Assembly (NCBI GenBank): GCA_977016875.1
Contig: CDRNST010000096.1
Span: 124,001-188,000 of the forward strand
Direction of reading: 5' to 3'
Length of the DNA: 64,000 nucleotides
DNA from: Pavona decussata
Taxonomy: Eukaryota
Shown here: positions 61,687-64,000 of the stretch, one piece after another
Numbering within the stretch: position 1 is the stretch's first letter
How the letters are laid out: each line of letters starts with the position of its first letter
Made by a program: the position numbers and the translations under genes
Notes under the pieces: model-generated
What the model was told of the DNA's origin: nothing
What the model saw: only the letters and a program-made list of their open reading frames with translations
Databases searched by the model: none

Positions 61687-63393
61687 TGTTCGCAGCTCTC
61701 AGAACTGCATGACATTTTCGATTCACCCACACCCACTTAGTATGTTTCTTGACTCACTGTCACGTGCAAACAGAACGTGTGTAGGGACTGGGAACGAGGC
61801 TGCTTTGGGATGTAAACTTCGTTTGAAAGATATGAAATTGGCTTGTCTTCATTCTTGAATTTGGTGTTATCTTTGCTCTTTTCGAAATGGCTTTGCAAAC
61901 TGCGATCTTCTCGCTAGAACGACTGACATTTTTCGACATTCTTTGTCAAGATGTTAAATTCAAGCGACATTTTCCGACATTCTTTGTCGAGATATTAAAC
62001 TCAAGCGATCGAGCGTTTCATTTTTGTTGTTTACTTGCGGACCCTTAAAAGGAAGCTCACCAGTATCCAACTGAGTAAGTTACATCGTTAGATTTTTACA
62101 GTAAAATATATGGCATTCCCAGTATTTTGTTTTGAAATCGTTTGTCTTCGTTCGGTCGTTCGAATGCGTTGTTATGTTGACCGTGAACTTTTTCTTGACA
62201 CAGCTGTTGTTACAAACGCTTTTAGGTCAGCATTATTCGTTAGCAGGCCGTTAGCTGTTATTAATGCTTTTAGGTCGGCATTGTCCGTTAGCAGACCGTT
62301 AGGGTTGTTGTACGTAGCCGTTTAACGCTTTGATCTTTTCGTTAGAGGAGGTTGAGAAAACATTTAACGATTTGAGCAATTCGTTCTATGAACTCGCCAA
62401 ACCGTTTAAAAACGCTTTGAGCATTCTGTTAGAATCCTTTAGACAAACGTTAGAACGCTTTCAATATCGTTAGCTATCCGTTAGTTTTTAGCCGTTTAAC
62501 GAAAAGTCACTAGTGTAGGTTTTCCCGTGCGTGGTCACAAATAACATCTATTGCTTTTCTAGGTCTTTTTCTTCTGTTCCACAGAAAAACATTCAAAACT
62601 TAGGTTACTTTGATGCCGGAAAAAGGTCTAGAAAAACATGCAATAAATGCAAATTTTTAACAACCAAATTGTCAATCTTAAAGGGAGAGGTTCACGGTTC
62701 TGCACATGTCCATGAATCAAAATACGTTTTCGCCTTTGCTCACTATGACCCAAGCCTGTTTAATTTAATTCGTTGTTTATGAACCATTCGCAAAGGAATA
62801 GGTAACTCGCGTGGTAATTTTTTCATATGATTCCTTTATTTTGTATGCAAATAACTGTAAACACATCAAGCATGGAATAAATCCTATGGGTCAACCCTAC
62901 ATTCAATATCAACAATACGAGTACAATCCACTACCATTTTCTGTGCATTTTGGTCATCAGTCATTTTGCTTGGACTAATTATAGAATGTGATCACTGAAG
63001 TACAAGTGAGTGGGACTATTAAGGACATAAAGTTGATAAGAAATAGAAAAAGCATGTAAACCCCTTCCATGGGCAATAACTAAGATTTTCATAAAATGAC
63101 TTTCTAAGGCTTCACTGGGTCGATCATAATATCAAAACAAAGTTTGAAGTAAATTAATTTAGGTGACCCACAGGGTCTCGAATTTGTCACCTACCTTGTC
63201 GAAAATCTGGCATTCGCATTGTTAACAATGGCATGACATACCCGGTGACTGCAAACTACAAAAGCCAAAAGAGACTAAAAAACGTGCATCAGTTTGAGAC
63301 CCAAAGATACGGAAACTATACTGATACCTTACTGAAAAATCCAACATAAGTTTTAGGCATCTTCTTTATCTATTTGGCCAATACAAACATAAT

Positions 63394-63757
63394 AGGAGTT
63401 TAAGCAACAACCATGGCGACGACAACCACAACGCCACAAAACACTAGGTTTAATGAGCAAAAACAATCGCTCTGCACATGTCTTTTACATTTTGGTACAT
63501 TTTTTCGCTCTCCTTGCAAAACAACAACGTGAAATGACCAAATTCTAGGTTTTTTGGATAACGTGAGCACACGACGGTGAATTTTTCATTTTCTTTCTTA
63601 ACTTGAACGCCGTGCCTACCATTTTGGTTGCTGGATAGTTCGCTATTTTTGTAGAAGTTGAGCAAGTTGAAATAATCGCCAGGTGGCAGAAATAAAATAG
63701 TTATATTTTCAGATGACATTTTTGTTGCCATTGCCGTCATTGCTGCTTAAGCTCCCT
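63394..63757. mobile_element. MITE with AGGGAGCTTAAGCA-type TIRs; a second related copy starts at ~63761 and runs off the window
   Basis: aggagtttaagcaac... / ...tgctgcttaagctccct; 63761-64000 repeats the body. Confidence 0.75.
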
Positions 63758-64000
63758 ATTTTTAAGCAACAACGACGGGGATGGCAAAGACAACACCGTA
63801 AAGCAATAGGTCTAATGAGCAAAAACAATCACTCTGCATGTGTGTTTTACATTTTGGTACATTTCTTTGTCGTTCTCCGCAAAACAACGTGTAATGATCA
63901 CATTCAAGGTATTGTGGAGAACGTGAACACACGGCAGTGAGTTTTCTTTAACTTGTACGGCACTCCTGCCAATTTGGTTCCTGGATAGTTCGCCACTTTT

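Larger units (their letters stand above)
55563..62529 (+). mobile_element. Two-gene DNA transposon with EnSpm/CACTA-like ends, a Sola-type transposase and a BEN-domain accessory gene
   Basis: TIRs CACGGGAAAACGTACACTA / TAGTGTAGGTTTTCCCGTG, flanks CA and CG, dense CGTTAG/CGTTTAA subterminal arrays (55590-55880, 62220-62500), two genes inside. Confidence 0.78.

Noticed and set aside
55555-62538. Alternative termini TGTGACC..GGTCACA for the two-gene element
   Set aside because: This needs a 2-nt indel inside the TIR. CACGGGAAAA ends in a palindromic target fit better, though the alternative is not excluded.

Overview
This is repeat-dense animal genomic DNA (spliceosomal introns, CpG decay, (AAT)n microsatellites). 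The repeat families resemble those I associate with corals/anthozoan cnidarians; that assignment is inference. No intact host gene is evident. The window is a nest of transposable elements. DNA transposons: three Sola3-type long-TIR derivatives, a full-length Ginger2, Academ fragments, a Helentron-like insertion carrying an RPA-like remnant, transposase+HECT and Ulp1 remnants, and several MITEs. Retroelements: a truncated Gypsy, a CG..CG-terminated Troyka-like LTR element, BEL/Pao and L1/Tx1 fragments, SINEs, and a Penelope-type minimal hammerhead motif. Two things stand out. (1) A very recent 962-bp insertion with a 12-bp TSD (26451-27412), built from identical 250-bp tandem units that each carry a tRNA-like cloverleaf, with a twin-priming inversion that starts exactly at tRNA +1. 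(2) A 7-kb DNA transposon (55563-62529) with EnSpm/CACTA-style ends but a Sola-type transposase and a spliced Tudor-like/coiled-coil/BEN accessory gene. All family assignments rest on motif recognition by eye; no database searches were run.
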